Of a stretch of 64,000 bases of DNA, positions 20,332 through 31,713 are shown piece by piece. Each line of letters begins with the position of its first letter. Position 1 is the first letter of the stretch. The translations under genes were made by a program, and so were the position numbers. The notes under the pieces are model-generated. The model saw only the letters and a program-made list of their open reading frames with translations, ran no database searches and was not told the DNA's origin. This DNA is from Oligoflexales bacterium. GTDB lineage: Bacteria; Bdellovibrionota_B; Oligoflexia; Oligoflexales; Bog-1112. The DNA is taken from the NCBI GenBank assembly GCA_045105515.1, contig JBGCDR010000131.1, positions 1 through 64,000 on the forward strand, in the 5' to 3' direction.

Positions 20332-20640
20332 TTATTCTAAGAATCTGAAACCCAAAAGAATCAGTCCCATATCTTGTTTACGCATCCATCTTACTTCAGA
20401 TAGGTAAGGCTGGAGATCTCCAATCTTTACCCGGCACTTGGTTCCAACGATGAGAAGATCAGGTTTACGAATGCACAGGCAGCAGCCACCCATAGCTGAT
20501 TCTTCAACTATGATTCCTACGTAGGTAGGCTCGAATTCCGTACGATCTGGGTCGGGGTCCACCATACCAAGCTCAAGATGGTTTGGTGGGTATCTTAAGT
20601 ATTTTCTTTTCTTGAAATTTTCATTGTCGCGGTCATTCAT
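20332..20640 (-). CDS. Small PilZ-like protein
   Basis: RKYLR (RxxxR) and ESAMGGC (variant of D/NxSxxG); EVRW...GFRF beta-barrel pattern. Confidence 0.6.
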   Translation of the reverse strand: MNDRDNENFKKRKYLRYPPNHLELGMVDPDPDRTEFEPTYVGIIVEESAMGGCCLCIRKPDLLIVGTKCRVKIGDLQPYLSEVRWMRKQDMGLILLGFRFLE

Positions 20641-20830
20641 AATTGGATTTCCAAATGTGAATAAGGAAGAATGCTTAAAAAGCTTGAAACAGTCACATTA
20701 ACAGTCATATTGACTAAGCGTAAGCGCATGGAGATTCCCCCACAAAAACCCATCCTATTTCGCCACGACATGACGATAGGGATCTACTCCAAACCCCATT
20801 TTATCATAAAGCTAAGTTCTAGTCTCAGTG

Positions 20831-21682
20831 TTAGCAGAAACTGAGACCTGGCTCTCTGATTTCAAGAGCCTTTAAAATACTAGACTTAAAGGAGAGGTAA
20901 GTGAGTTGGCCGGTAACCGCGCCTATGCCAGCTGGATTGCATTTCCTAAGCTCCAAGCTTAAGGGGCTACGACCTTCGCTGATCTTAGATTTTGCAATCC
21001 AGTACACCTCATGGTGATCCAAGTTTGGTGCTGCAATGAGTTCGCCTTGAACTTTATCAAGGCCCAAGCCTGATGCTAGTGCAGCAATGACCATAGTATT
21101 CACATTATTGGGGGCTAGCTTGCCTAATTCTCGGACCTTGCCAGAATACAAAATGCATGGTTTTTTCAGTTCTTCGATCTGGGTGTCGTAGTTGTCGGGC
21201 AGTGAACCAAGAAAATTGATGCTTTCTGGAGCCTTACGCATTTGAATGAAGAGAGAGTCAATGGCATCGAATTGGGCTAAATCCAGCAACTCATGTAAAC
21301 CTGGTAATGCTCCTTTTCCACATATAAGTGAGCGCTGCTTTTCTTCAGCAATCCCCAGAAGATTTTCTTCAAACTCAGAATCACAAAATACAGTTGGAGA
21401 ACCAATAAATAGATTTGCCAACTCTAAGAGCTGTTTTCCCCAAATCCTAATAATAGCTGGATGTGCTACCTCAACAATTAGGTCGGGATTGAAACCAGCA
21501 ATTTCATCGAGATGTTTGATATCTTGGATGCGAGGATCTAAGGATTCTTGTGGAATTGGAGTGCGATTCCAAACAAAACATACGTCCACCTTATTGCTTA
21601 GGTCTGGGGAATTTATAAATTCATTTACAAGGTACTGGCCTAATTTGCCATAGCCAAGAATTCCGATTTTCTTCTTAATCAT
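20831..21682 (-). CDS. Aspartate dehydrogenase domain protein (NadX/ASPDH-like)
   Basis: GYGKLG Rossmann motif; EVAHP; PNNVN. Confidence 0.75.
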   Translation of the reverse strand: MIKKKIGILGYGKLGQYLVNEFINSPDLSNKVDVCFVWNRTPIPQESLDPRIQDIKHLDEIAGFNPDLIVEVAHPAIIRIWGKQLLELANLFIGSPTVFCDSEFEENLLGIAEEKQRSLICGKGALPGLHELLDLAQFDAIDSLFIQMRKAPESINFLGSLPDNYDTQIEELKKPCILYSGKVRELGKLAPNNVNTMVIAALASGLGLDKVQGELIAAPNLDHHEVYWIAKSKISEGRSPLSLELRKCNPAGIGAVTGQLTYLSFKSSILKALEIREPGLSFC

Positions 21683-21685
21683 TAT

Positions 21686-22711
21686 TCAGTGCCCATCCTT
21701 TATATGTTTCGGGTTAGCAAGATAATCTGCTATTGCCTCTATGAGAATCGACTCTGAATCCACTATTTCAATTCCATTTTCAATTAATCTAGGGATGTAA
21801 TCCGATAATGCCAGAGGAATTTCGGTGCATGCTAAAATTATTGCCTTTGACTGGTAATGGGTGCAAAGTTCAGAAATAAATAAAAAGAACTGGCGATTTT
21901 CTTGAGAGCTTATGGCACTTGCTTTTATTTTCGTAATCCAGTGTTCTAATTTTTCTCGGTGGAGTTTATTTAAGTTGGTAAAAGTGATGCCTTGTTCTAA
22001 AAAAAGGTCCTGGTACAAACGGCTTTTGTTAGCCTGACTAGTGTCTAACACGAGGATTTTCGCCTCTTTATTTAACATGGGATGCTGTTTTATCCGATGG
22101 AGAACCGCATCGGGTAGGTGAAAGACACTAGTCTTAACAAGCCTAGAAAATTTCCCATGGTGAAGATGAGCTGTGTTACTAGCAAGAAAATAGTTTTCAT
22201 AATTTAGTGAACCAAAGTTATAAAGGCGTCCAATATAAGATAAGCCTCCTTTAATCTGCTCCCAAAGGGATCTTGGAGGAGGCATTGATAGCAAATGGAT
22301 CATAAATCTATGGTCAGAATTAGATGACTCCAAACGCTCGAGTAATTTTTCCATAATATTTGCATCGCTTAAAGGCCCAATCCCCCCTAAGATTCCGATC
22401 TTGATATTAGGAAGTGCTTGTTTCTTATGATTGAAGAACACCTTCAGTTCTATGATGGGTCTATCATATTCATTAGGTATTTGTTTGGCGATTTCTTCTT
22501 GAATCTTCTTATAAGTCTTTATTTTTTCTATCTGCTGCTCATAGATATCAAAGCTATAAGTGGCTTGGGATGGGAGCGTCCTGGCGACCTCTTTATAGAG
22601 GTGGTGTAATTCTGAAATTTGCGGATTATTCGGGTTTGAATTGCATGCTACTAAGAAAATGGTTGGAAACAAAACTCCTAAAATCGTCGAAAAACAAGTT
22701 CTAGGAGTCAT
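21686..22711 (-). CDS. Aspartate/glutamate racemase family lipoprotein
   Basis: GILGGIGP, SNTAH and LACTEIP motifs; lipobox LVAC. Confidence 0.75.
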   Translation of the reverse strand: MTPRTCFSTILGVLFPTIFLVACNSNPNNPQISELHHLYKEVARTLPSQATYSFDIYEQQIEKIKTYKKIQEEIAKQIPNEYDRPIIELKVFFNHKKQALPNIKIGILGGIGPLSDANIMEKLLERLESSNSDHRFMIHLLSMPPPRSLWEQIKGGLSYIGRLYNFGSLNYENYFLASNTAHLHHGKFSRLVKTSVFHLPDAVLHRIKQHPMLNKEAKILVLDTSQANKSRLYQDLFLEQGITFTNLNKLHREKLEHWITKIKASAISSQENRQFFLFISELCTHYQSKAIILACTEIPLALSDYIPRLIENGIEIVDSESILIEAIADYLANPKHIKDGH

Positions 22712-22726
22712 ATAAAACTTCCTTAT

Positions 22727-23992
22727 TTAGCCAAGGTGAGTGCGGTTGCCTAAGTATCCTTGCAAGCATTCAGGGATTTTAACCTTACCGTCTTTAGTTT
22801 GTAAGTTCTCAAGCATTGCTATGAGGATACGAGGTATTGCTAAAAAAGTATTGTTAAGAGTATAAACATGGTGCTTTTTCCCCTCAGCATCCTTATACCT
22901 GATATTGAGCCGACGTGATTGGAAGTCATAGAAACTAGAGCAACTGTGGGTTTCTCCATAGCTGTCACGTGATGGCATCCAGGTTTCAATATCGTGTTTT
23001 CGAACCTGCCCTTGTCCTAGGTCACCAGTGCAGACATAAACCACTCGGTATGGAAGGCCTAGGTCCTGGACCAAGGATTCTGCTAAACCTAGAAGCTCAG
23101 CATGAAGGGCGTCCGTTTCTTCCTTTTTACTGGTTCCCAGAATCACCATTTCAATTTTTTGAAATTGGTGGACTCGATAAAGGCCTTTTGTATCCTTTCC
23201 ATAAGTTCCAGCCTCGCGGCGAAAGCATGTGGTCTGGGCCATATATCGAATTGGTAAGTCTTTCTCATTTAACATTTCATTGCTATGAAAGCTGCAAACG
23301 GGGACTTCAGAGGTTCCTACTAAAGCCATCTTATCTTTTTCAACACAGTAAGCCTGATCCCTTCCTAAAGGAAAGTATCCCGTGCCTTCCATTGCTGCTT
23401 CATTAACCAATACAGGTACGGACATGGGCTCAAAGCCCTTAGCAATTAATTTGTCATAGCCATACCGTAGCAATGCCTGTTCTAGAAGAGCACCATCACC
23501 CTTTAAAACATAAGAACGGCTTCCAGATAATTTTACCCCTCTCTCAATGTCGACGATTCCCAGGTCTTTACCTAGAGCAATATGATCTTTGGGTTTAAAC
23601 TCAAACTTAGGAATTGTTCCCCATTTGCGCACCTCGACATTTTCCTGATCGTCTTTTCCTTTTGGAACGTCGTCCCTTGCAGGTTGGGCGACCAACATGA
23701 GCATGCTGTTGAGTTCGTCTTTTTTCTGTTTTAAATCTGTTTGCAGAGATTCCATCTCAGTTTTTATTGTCAGCACCTGTGCCTTTAGTTCTTCTCTCTT
23801 AGATGCCTCAGCTTTGCCAATCTCGCGCGAAATCTGGTTGCGTTGTGCTTGCAGGTTTTCCCAACTAGTTTGTAAGGGTTTGATTTGCCCATCTAATTCT
23901 AGTAGCTTGGAGATGTCTACAGGGAAGTTTTTTGCGTTGGTTGCTTCCTGAACTATCTCAGGATTTTCGCGAATAAATTTTATATCTAACAT
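22727..23992 (-). CDS. serS: Serine--tRNA ligase
   Basis: MLDIKFIR, GTSE, FRREAG, RVHQF.K.E and HSCS motifs. Confidence 0.96.
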   Translation of the reverse strand: MLDIKFIRENPEIVQEATNAKNFPVDISKLLELDGQIKPLQTSWENLQAQRNQISREIGKAEASKREELKAQVLTIKTEMESLQTDLKQKKDELNSMLMLVAQPARDDVPKGKDDQENVEVRKWGTIPKFEFKPKDHIALGKDLGIVDIERGVKLSGSRSYVLKGDGALLEQALLRYGYDKLIAKGFEPMSVPVLVNEAAMEGTGYFPLGRDQAYCVEKDKMALVGTSEVPVCSFHSNEMLNEKDLPIRYMAQTTCFRREAGTYGKDTKGLYRVHQFQKIEMVILGTSKKEETDALHAELLGLAESLVQDLGLPYRVVYVCTGDLGQGQVRKHDIETWMPSRDSYGETHSCSSFYDFQSRRLNIRYKDAEGKKHHVYTLNNTFLAIPRILIAMLENLQTKDGKVKIPECLQGYLGNRTHLG

Positions 23993-24247
23993 GCTTTCCT
24001 CGTTTTATGGACCCAATACGCACAACGTGCCCTCCATCTTGCAGATTAAACAGAAAGAGGCAAGGTCTACCTTTCGGTGGCAGATATTTAGTATTCAGAG
24101 TCTAATACTCCCACCCTCAAAGGTCGGCCCAAGAGCTTAGCGCGTGCGACTTTGAGCGTCAAATTGTTTGTCACTTGCACTACAAGTTCAGCTAGGAAAG
24201 CGATGGATTTTTGCAACAGGAAGTACTATCATGCCCCACTTTGAATA

Positions 24248-25360
24248 ATGAAAAACTGCCCGAGATCTGTATTAATGAGAGAAAATCCCTTTAAAAATCT
24301 AGGAATACCGGAAAATCCGATTATGTTGGCTCCTTTAGCTGGAGTCAGTGACCACCCTTTTAGGAGAGTTTGCCAGATTTTAGGGGCTGACTTGACTTAT
24401 GTTGAGATGATTTCCGCAACAGCACTTACATATAATAGCAAGCGAACCCTCGATATGCTTTGCCGCCATGAGTCTGAGCAAGTACTTGGTGTCCAAGTGA
24501 CCTCAAGAACTAGTGATGAAATGGCTAAGGCTGTTGAAATCATGAATCCCTATCCATTTGATACTGTTGATATCAATATGGGATGTCCAGTTAAAAAAGT
24601 TGTCAAGTCAGGGTGTGGAAGTGCCATTCTTAAGGATCCTGAGAGGGTTTATCAAACCACCCTAGCAGCTTGCCAAAACACTGATAAACCTGTGAGTGTA
24701 AAGATCAGGCTAGGTTGGGACCATCAAAATCTGACATGGCGAGAGGTTTCTCAGGCAGCTCAAGCAGCTGGAGCAAAATGGTTAACTGTACATGGTAGGA
24801 CGCGTAGCGACTCATACGGTGATCCGGTTAACTTGGAAAAAATAGCAGAGTTAAAGAATGGCCTAGACATTCCCGTCATAGGAAACGGAAACCTTTTTTC
24901 ACAAATGGATGCCGCTCTGATGAAAAGAGCCACCAAGGTTGATGGGCTCATGGTGAGTCGTGGAGCACTTGGAAATCCTTGGGTTTTTCAGGAGATCAAA
25001 GGAAACAGGGATTCTACAAGTTTAGAAGAGTGGTCTGAGACTGTGTTCAGGCATATAGACTGGCAAAGTGCGGCCTATGGGGATCGTGGCTTTGGTTCAG
25101 TGTGCATGCGTAAGCATATCCTCTGGTACGTAAGTGGCTGGCCTCATGCTCGCAAAATACGTGAGCAAATAGGCAATACCGAGTCTCTTTCTGCTGTTAA
25201 AACTGCACTTGATGAGTACGTGAAGCAACTGGGTTCTGAAGGGGTTTTTGAGCGATATCAAACCCAACAGCAAAGCCAAGATAATTCTCGTTTTCTTTGG
25301 AACCCGGTTTATGACATGGACCGCAAACTTGACCGTGGCATTGGTGACGATGGTTTGTGA
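24248..25360 (+). CDS. dusB: tRNA-dihydrouridine synthase (DusB-like)
   Basis: LAPLAG, DINMGCP, VKIRLGW, HGRTR and GNG motifs. Confidence 0.85.
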   Translation: MKNCPRSVLMRENPFKNLGIPENPIMLAPLAGVSDHPFRRVCQILGADLTYVEMISATALTYNSKRTLDMLCRHESEQVLGVQVTSRTSDEMAKAVEIMNPYPFDTVDINMGCPVKKVVKSGCGSAILKDPERVYQTTLAACQNTDKPVSVKIRLGWDHQNLTWREVSQAAQAAGAKWLTVHGRTRSDSYGDPVNLEKIAELKNGLDIPVIGNGNLFSQMDAALMKRATKVDGLMVSRGALGNPWVFQEIKGNRDSTSLEEWSETVFRHIDWQSAAYGDRGFGSVCMRKHILWYVSGWPHARKIREQIGNTESLSAVKTALDEYVKQLGSEGVFERYQTQQQSQDNSRFLWNPVYDMDRKLDRGIGDDGL

Positions 25361-25374
25361 TTAAGTGGACTTGT

Positions 25375-26856
25375 TTACTGCTTTAAAGGAAGCGAAAAGT
25401 CGAACCGCGTCCATTTTGAATTGGTGTCTAAGGTTAAACGGCCTCCATGACGTTTTGCTATTCCATCGGAAATGCTTAAGCCTAAGCCCATTGCCTCACC
25501 TATAGGCTTAGTTGTAAAGAACGGATTAAAAATCTTTTCTTGTTCGTCACTCGAAATCCCGTTCCCGCTATCAATGACAGAGATCTTAGCCTCGTTATTT
25601 ATTATCTTTGCCTCAATTTTTATCCACTTTTCCTCTGCTGATTGTACTGCGTATAAAGAATTGTTTAGCAAGTCGAAGATTACCTGACTTACCTCTGTGG
25701 GAATACATTCTATCTCAAAGTCTTTTTCATCTTTTAGCGAAAATTGAATTTTTAAGCCGAGGTACTTTGCCCGTCCATCACAAAGTTCTAGGGATCCTTC
25801 AACAATTTTAGTTACTGATTCATCGTGAAAATCTTCTCCCCCAGTTTCCCGAGCAAATCTTTTCAAACCTTTTATTATGTTGGATATACGCCAAGCATTT
25901 TTTTCAATTTTTTCATGGTAAGATTTGAGCTTACTCTTTTCATATTCTGGTACCTCTTCTGGAACCATCCGAATAGCTAAGTTTGCAGCATTGGAGATCA
26001 CTGCCAGAGGGTTATTTATTTCATGGGCTAAACCACCGGCCATTTCTCCTAGACTAGCAAGACGAGCAGAGTTAATAGCTGCTCCAGCTTGCATCTTAAG
26101 CTCTTTATGAGATGCTTGGTTATTTTTTATTATACATGTCATTATATCGTTGATTTTTTCTTTAAGTAACAGTAATTCGTTGCCGTTTGAACCTTTAATA
26201 TCCAAATGAAGCTTTTGATGTCTTTCGTCAATTGTGCTTGGATCAACTTTGTCTAGAAAATTAGACATTTTGAGGATATGCCGGAAAACAAAGTGATTAA
26301 ATATTAAAAGCATAATAAATGAGACTAATAATGTTGTGATCCCTTGAGTTAAGAAGAAATATAAAGCTTTATTAAAGAGCCGGCTGTAAATATTATCTAG
26401 TGTTATCGAAATTTCCAATCGTCCAACTTTTTTCTCTGTTTCTTTGTTAGTAACGAGAAGATCAAATCGATGAGTTTCAAGGCTACTCGTAGAAGTATTA
26501 TTTATTGCTTCTGAGATTATTAATCTATCTGATTCATCATAGATTTCAACTTTAGTGATATCTGTGATGTTGAGCAAACTTTTTACTTGGATTGTAATTT
26601 GCGACTCATCCTTATTCCATAAGGATTTTGATAAGCTCGCTTTGCTAGTTCGGTTTATTTGTTCAATCGTAGAGTTTAACAGTTCCTTTTCGATTTTGTA
26701 GTCCTTATAAAACGAAATCGATGTAAAAAATCCTGTTATTATTGAGCTAGATAATAGGATATATAAAACCAGAGTTTTCCCTAGTTTGCTTCCAAGTGTA
26801 GATGCGATTTTACTCAATTTTGCCATGAGGAAAAATCTTTGCCTTTTCAGTCTCAT
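25375..26856 (-). CDS. Membrane sensor histidine kinase
   Basis: Two TM helices; LAHEINNPL, DSGNGI, FFTTK and GLGL motifs. Confidence 0.9.
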   Translation of the reverse strand: MRLKRQRFFLMAKLSKIASTLGSKLGKTLVLYILLSSSIITGFFTSISFYKDYKIEKELLNSTIEQINRTSKASLSKSLWNKDESQITIQVKSLLNITDITKVEIYDESDRLIISEAINNTSTSSLETHRFDLLVTNKETEKKVGRLEISITLDNIYSRLFNKALYFFLTQGITTLLVSFIMLLIFNHFVFRHILKMSNFLDKVDPSTIDERHQKLHLDIKGSNGNELLLLKEKINDIMTCIIKNNQASHKELKMQAGAAINSARLASLGEMAGGLAHEINNPLAVISNAANLAIRMVPEEVPEYEKSKLKSYHEKIEKNAWRISNIIKGLKRFARETGGEDFHDESVTKIVEGSLELCDGRAKYLGLKIQFSLKDEKDFEIECIPTEVSQVIFDLLNNSLYAVQSAEEKWIKIEAKIINNEAKISVIDSGNGISSDEQEKIFNPFFTTKPIGEAMGLGLSISDGIAKRHGGRLTLDTNSKWTRFDFSLPLKQ

Positions 26857-27093
26857 CTCAAATTGACTTTAGCTTATATCCTGATTCGGTCCGAATTTGT
26901 GCATTCTTAAAATTTGCTTACCAGCTTAAATATTCTTATTTGTAAAAAAATATTCTTTTCTCTATATAATCATAAATTTACTATCTGTCATATAAGGACT
27001 TGCTGAATTGCATTGCAAAATAGTTAAAATCTCGACTCACTACAACAGCAGTTTTTTGGAATAATTAAAATAGCTTGGATTTGTTTATTATTT

Positions 27094-28371
27094 TTGGTAG
27101 GAATGCTTGGACCGTTTGTCCCACCTTTACTGAGCCCCGAGCAGCTGGGAGGCAACTTGGCATCACGATTTATAAGTTTTATTGGCTTGTTTGTAATGTT
27201 GGGTTTTGCATGGTTATTATCAAATAACAAGAAAAAAATGGACTTTCGGGTCATAGTAGGCGGGCTTTGTCTTCAGTTTATCTTGGCTACTTGCATCTTA
27301 AAATCGAAATTTGGACAAATGGTTTTCGTAATTGCAAAGGATGTCGTAACTACAATTATCAATCTTTCTGATAAGGGAGCCATTTTCTTATTTGGAAAGG
27401 ATTTTTCTGAGCACTTCTTTGCTTTTAAAGTTCTACCCACGATTATTTTCGTTTCTTCATTGTCCTACCTCCTTTTTTACTTTGGGGTCATGCAAAAGTT
27501 GGTATCTGGGATCGCATGGTTGATGGAAAAAATTATGAATATTTCAGGATCCGAAGGTTTGGTAACTGCAGCAAATATTTTTTGCGGACAAACCGAAGCT
27601 CCCCTTTTTGTAAAGCCTTATCTAAAAACTATGACTCGTGCAGAGATTCACACCATGATGACGGGAGGAATGGCAACAGCAGCAGGGGGAGTTCTTGCTG
27701 CATATGTTGGCTTTGGGATTTCAGCTGGTCATCTTTTGGCTGCTTCCCTGATGTCGGCTCCAGGCGCAATTGTTATCTCAAGGATCATTTATCCAGAGCT
27801 TGAAGAATCTCCTACTAGCGGCCATGTTGCTATTGCTTTAGAAATTCCCGAGTCGAATGCTTTTGAAGCAGCCTGCACGGGAGCTGCAGATGGTTTGAAA
27901 CTAGCCTTGAACGTAGGAGCAATGCTCATTGCCTTTATTGGTTTAGTTGCCTTAGGCAACTTGGGTTTAGAGCAGCTGGGAAACTTGGTTGGTATCCAAG
28001 GTTTCAGTTTAGAGATGATCTTAGGCAAGCTTTTTCAGCCGATTGCATTCCTTATGGGGATTGGCTGGGATGAGAGCTTTATTGTTGCCCAATTTCTTGG
28101 CGAGAAGATGGTACTTAACGAATTTATTGCTTATGTTCATTTGATGGAGCATGCAGAACTTGGAACCTTGTCAGAGCGCTCAATCACTATAGCTACTTAT
28201 GCATTATGTGGGTTTGCCAATTTTTCTTCCATTGCAATTCAGATTGGAGGAATGGGAGCATTAGAACCTAGTCGCAAGAAAGATTTCGCTGAATGTGGTT
28301 TTAAGGCCATGCTTGGAGGAACATTAGCTGCGTTTTCAACTGCTTGTGTTGCAGGGGTCCTTATAGCTTAG
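27094..28371 (+). CDS. nupC: NupC/CNT family Na+/H+ nucleoside transporter
   Basis: GQTEAP, NEFIAY and CGFANFSS motifs. Confidence 0.9.
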   Translation: MVGMLGPFVPPLLSPEQLGGNLASRFISFIGLFVMLGFAWLLSNNKKKMDFRVIVGGLCLQFILATCILKSKFGQMVFVIAKDVVTTIINLSDKGAIFLFGKDFSEHFFAFKVLPTIIFVSSLSYLLFYFGVMQKLVSGIAWLMEKIMNISGSEGLVTAANIFCGQTEAPLFVKPYLKTMTRAEIHTMMTGGMATAAGGVLAAYVGFGISAGHLLAASLMSAPGAIVISRIIYPELEESPTSGHVAIALEIPESNAFEAACTGAADGLKLALNVGAMLIAFIGLVALGNLGLEQLGNLVGIQGFSLEMILGKLFQPIAFLMGIGWDESFIVAQFLGEKMVLNEFIAYVHLMEHAELGTLSERSITIATYALCGFANFSSIAIQIGGMGALEPSRKKDFAECGFKAMLGGTLAAFSTACVAGVLIA

Positions 28372-28478
28372 GACCTAAGTAAAGATACTTACAAAAATTT
28401 TACGCGGTATAACTTGTTAATTTAACAGGAGAAAAAATTAATTATCCATCTAATCCCGCCTTTTTTTTATGTTTAGGC

Positions 28479-28506
28479 TAAATGAACAGGTAAGTCTTGC
28501 CGACAT
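28479..28506 (+). promoter_or_regulatory. Possible sigma-28 (FliA)-type promoter
   Basis: TAAA-N16-GCCGACAT just upstream of the 28512 ORF. Confidence 0.3.
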
Positions 28507-28511
28507 GATCC

Positions 28512-29306
28512 TTGATGAAACACGTAAAAGACATTCGGAATATGATGGAAGATGGGCAGCATGATAAAGCGCACGCAGCCCTCGACAACCTCCTTTCCCT
28601 GGGACCTGGAAACTTAGAGGCGCTCAAGCTGAAAAGCATATTGTTTGCCTCCGAAGGAAGATTCCTTGAAGAAGCTCGGATGTGGGAGAAGATTATTGAT
28701 CAAGACAATGAAGACCTTGATGCAATATACTTTTTCCAACGTCGGCACTTAGAAGAAAGGGAGAGCTTCTATTTTACTGATCATCTCCCAGCTGGTGGTA
28801 GACGCTTTCTGGCTCATCCTCGATCACTGATTAATGCTTCTTTGGGGGGGCTTTTAGGCTGTACCCTGTTTTTGCTTATTAGCAGCTATGCTCAAAAGTA
28901 CTATTTTTTGAGTTCTACTATTGTTTCAGCTGGCAGCTTTTTCTTGTTTGTGATCCTCCCTTGGTTATTTATTATTTACGCCTATTTTAAAGCCTTACGA
29001 GAAGTGCTCCTCACCTCAGAAGGCATCTGTCTGAATACCCGTTTGAAGAGTTATGATATGAAATGGGATGAAATATCAGAGGCTTATCTTGCGCGTAGCG
29101 GGGCCCATAATGAGGCTAAACTAGCACTTGTCTTGATTCCTAAGAATAAAGAGTACCCAGCAGTGGAAATTGATTTGTCTCGCGAATCAACTGCAATCAG
29201 AGCACGGACTTGTTTTATTGACGAGGTTGCCAGGCTCTTTCATGCACCAGTTCATACTAGTAAAGATGAGCTTGCCAATCTGCCAGAAGAGAAGGTGTGT
29301 TTCTGA
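28512..29306 (+). CDS. TPR-like N-terminus plus two-TM membrane protein
   Basis: Helical TPR-like repeat, two hydrophobic helices, PH-like C-terminal region. Confidence 0.6.
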   Translation: MMKHVKDIRNMMEDGQHDKAHAALDNLLSLGPGNLEALKLKSILFASEGRFLEEARMWEKIIDQDNEDLDAIYFFQRRHLEERESFYFTDHLPAGGRRFLAHPRSLINASLGGLLGCTLFLLISSYAQKYYFLSSTIVSAGSFFLFVILPWLFIIYAYFKALREVLLTSEGICLNTRLKSYDMKWDEISEAYLARSGAHNEAKLALVLIPKNKEYPAVEIDLSRESTAIRARTCFIDEVARLFHAPVHTSKDELANLPEEKVCF

Positions 29307-29361
29307 GTTTTTACCATTGCAAACTAGCTGAAAAAAAAATTAGTTTTTAACTCCCCCCCCC

Positions 29362-29389
29362 TTGACATTAGTTTTCTGGGAACTATGTT
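29362..29389 (+). promoter_or_regulatory. Putative groESL promoter
   Basis: TTGACA (29362) -16 bp- TATGTT (29384), preceded by a C-run as in heat-shock promoters. Confidence 0.5.
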
Positions 29390-29501
29390 GCTCCTACCAG
29401 TACAGAAAAGGTTGCAGTGAGCAGCCTTGAGAGATTGCCTTTCAAAGCTGTTTTGGCAATTGATATACATGTTAAAACGTACTTTAGTTTTAGGAGTTAG
29501 T

Positions 29502-29792
29502 ATGAAAATCAGACCTTTGCAAGATCGTATCTTAGTGAAGCGTGTTGAAACTGAGGAAAAAACTGCTGGCGGTATTATCATCCCTGATAATGCTAAAGAA
29601 AAGCCAATGGAAGGCCAAGTTATTGCTGTGGGTAACGGAAAGAAGTTGGATGACGGCTCTCTTGCAAAGCCAGACCTTAGCGTTGGCGACAGCATCCTTT
29701 TCAGCAAGTATGCTGGCTCTGAAGTCAAAATTGACGGCATTGAGCATCTTATCATGCGCGAAGATGATATCTTGGGCGTGCTTGAAAAGTAA
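29502..29792 (+). CDS. groES: Co-chaperonin GroES
   Basis: [12 protein letters not shown]...GGIIIPD...KYAG; AGGAG RBS before ATG 29502. Confidence 0.97.
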   Translation: MKIRPLQDRILVKRVETEEKTAGGIIIPDNAKEKPMEGQVIAVGNGKKLDDGSLAKPDLSVGDSILFSKYAGSEVKIDGIEHLIMREDDILGVLEK

Positions 29793-29829
29793 TCACTCGC
29801 GGCTTCATCTGATTCATTAAAACCAATAA

Positions 29830-31515
<1,686 letters not shown>

Positions 31516-31519
31516 GATT

Positions 31520-31633
31520 CCTGTTATAATAACAGGTACTTACAGAGCCGAAAATGCTCCCGGACACAAAAAACGGACACATATTTCTCTAATACTGAGT
31601 AATACCAACGTTTTTTGACCCCATCCGGACACA
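31520..31633. repeat. Att-proximal repeats: palindrome CCTGTTAT-A-ATAACAGG and three CGGACACA direct repeats (arm-type site candidates)
   Basis: Palindrome 31520-31536; CGGACACA at 31561, 31574 and 31626. Confidence 0.7.
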
Positions 31634-31713
31634 CTTTTTGACCTTTCGAGGTCAAAGAGAAAAGGGAGTCGAAAGACTCCCGAAAAAAGAATTTTAAGGG
31701 TTCCTTCTTGTCA

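Noticed and set aside
23993..24247. Structured leader (T-box-like) between serS and the dus gene
   Set aside because: A few hairpins (e.g. CTCAAAG-GTCG/CGAC-TTTGAG) but no T-box consensus; insufficient support
29390..29501. CIRCE element or RNA thermometer before groES
   Set aside because: No TTAGCACTC-N9-GAGTGCTAA match; only a short ATTGCC/GGCAAT stem that does not cover the RBS
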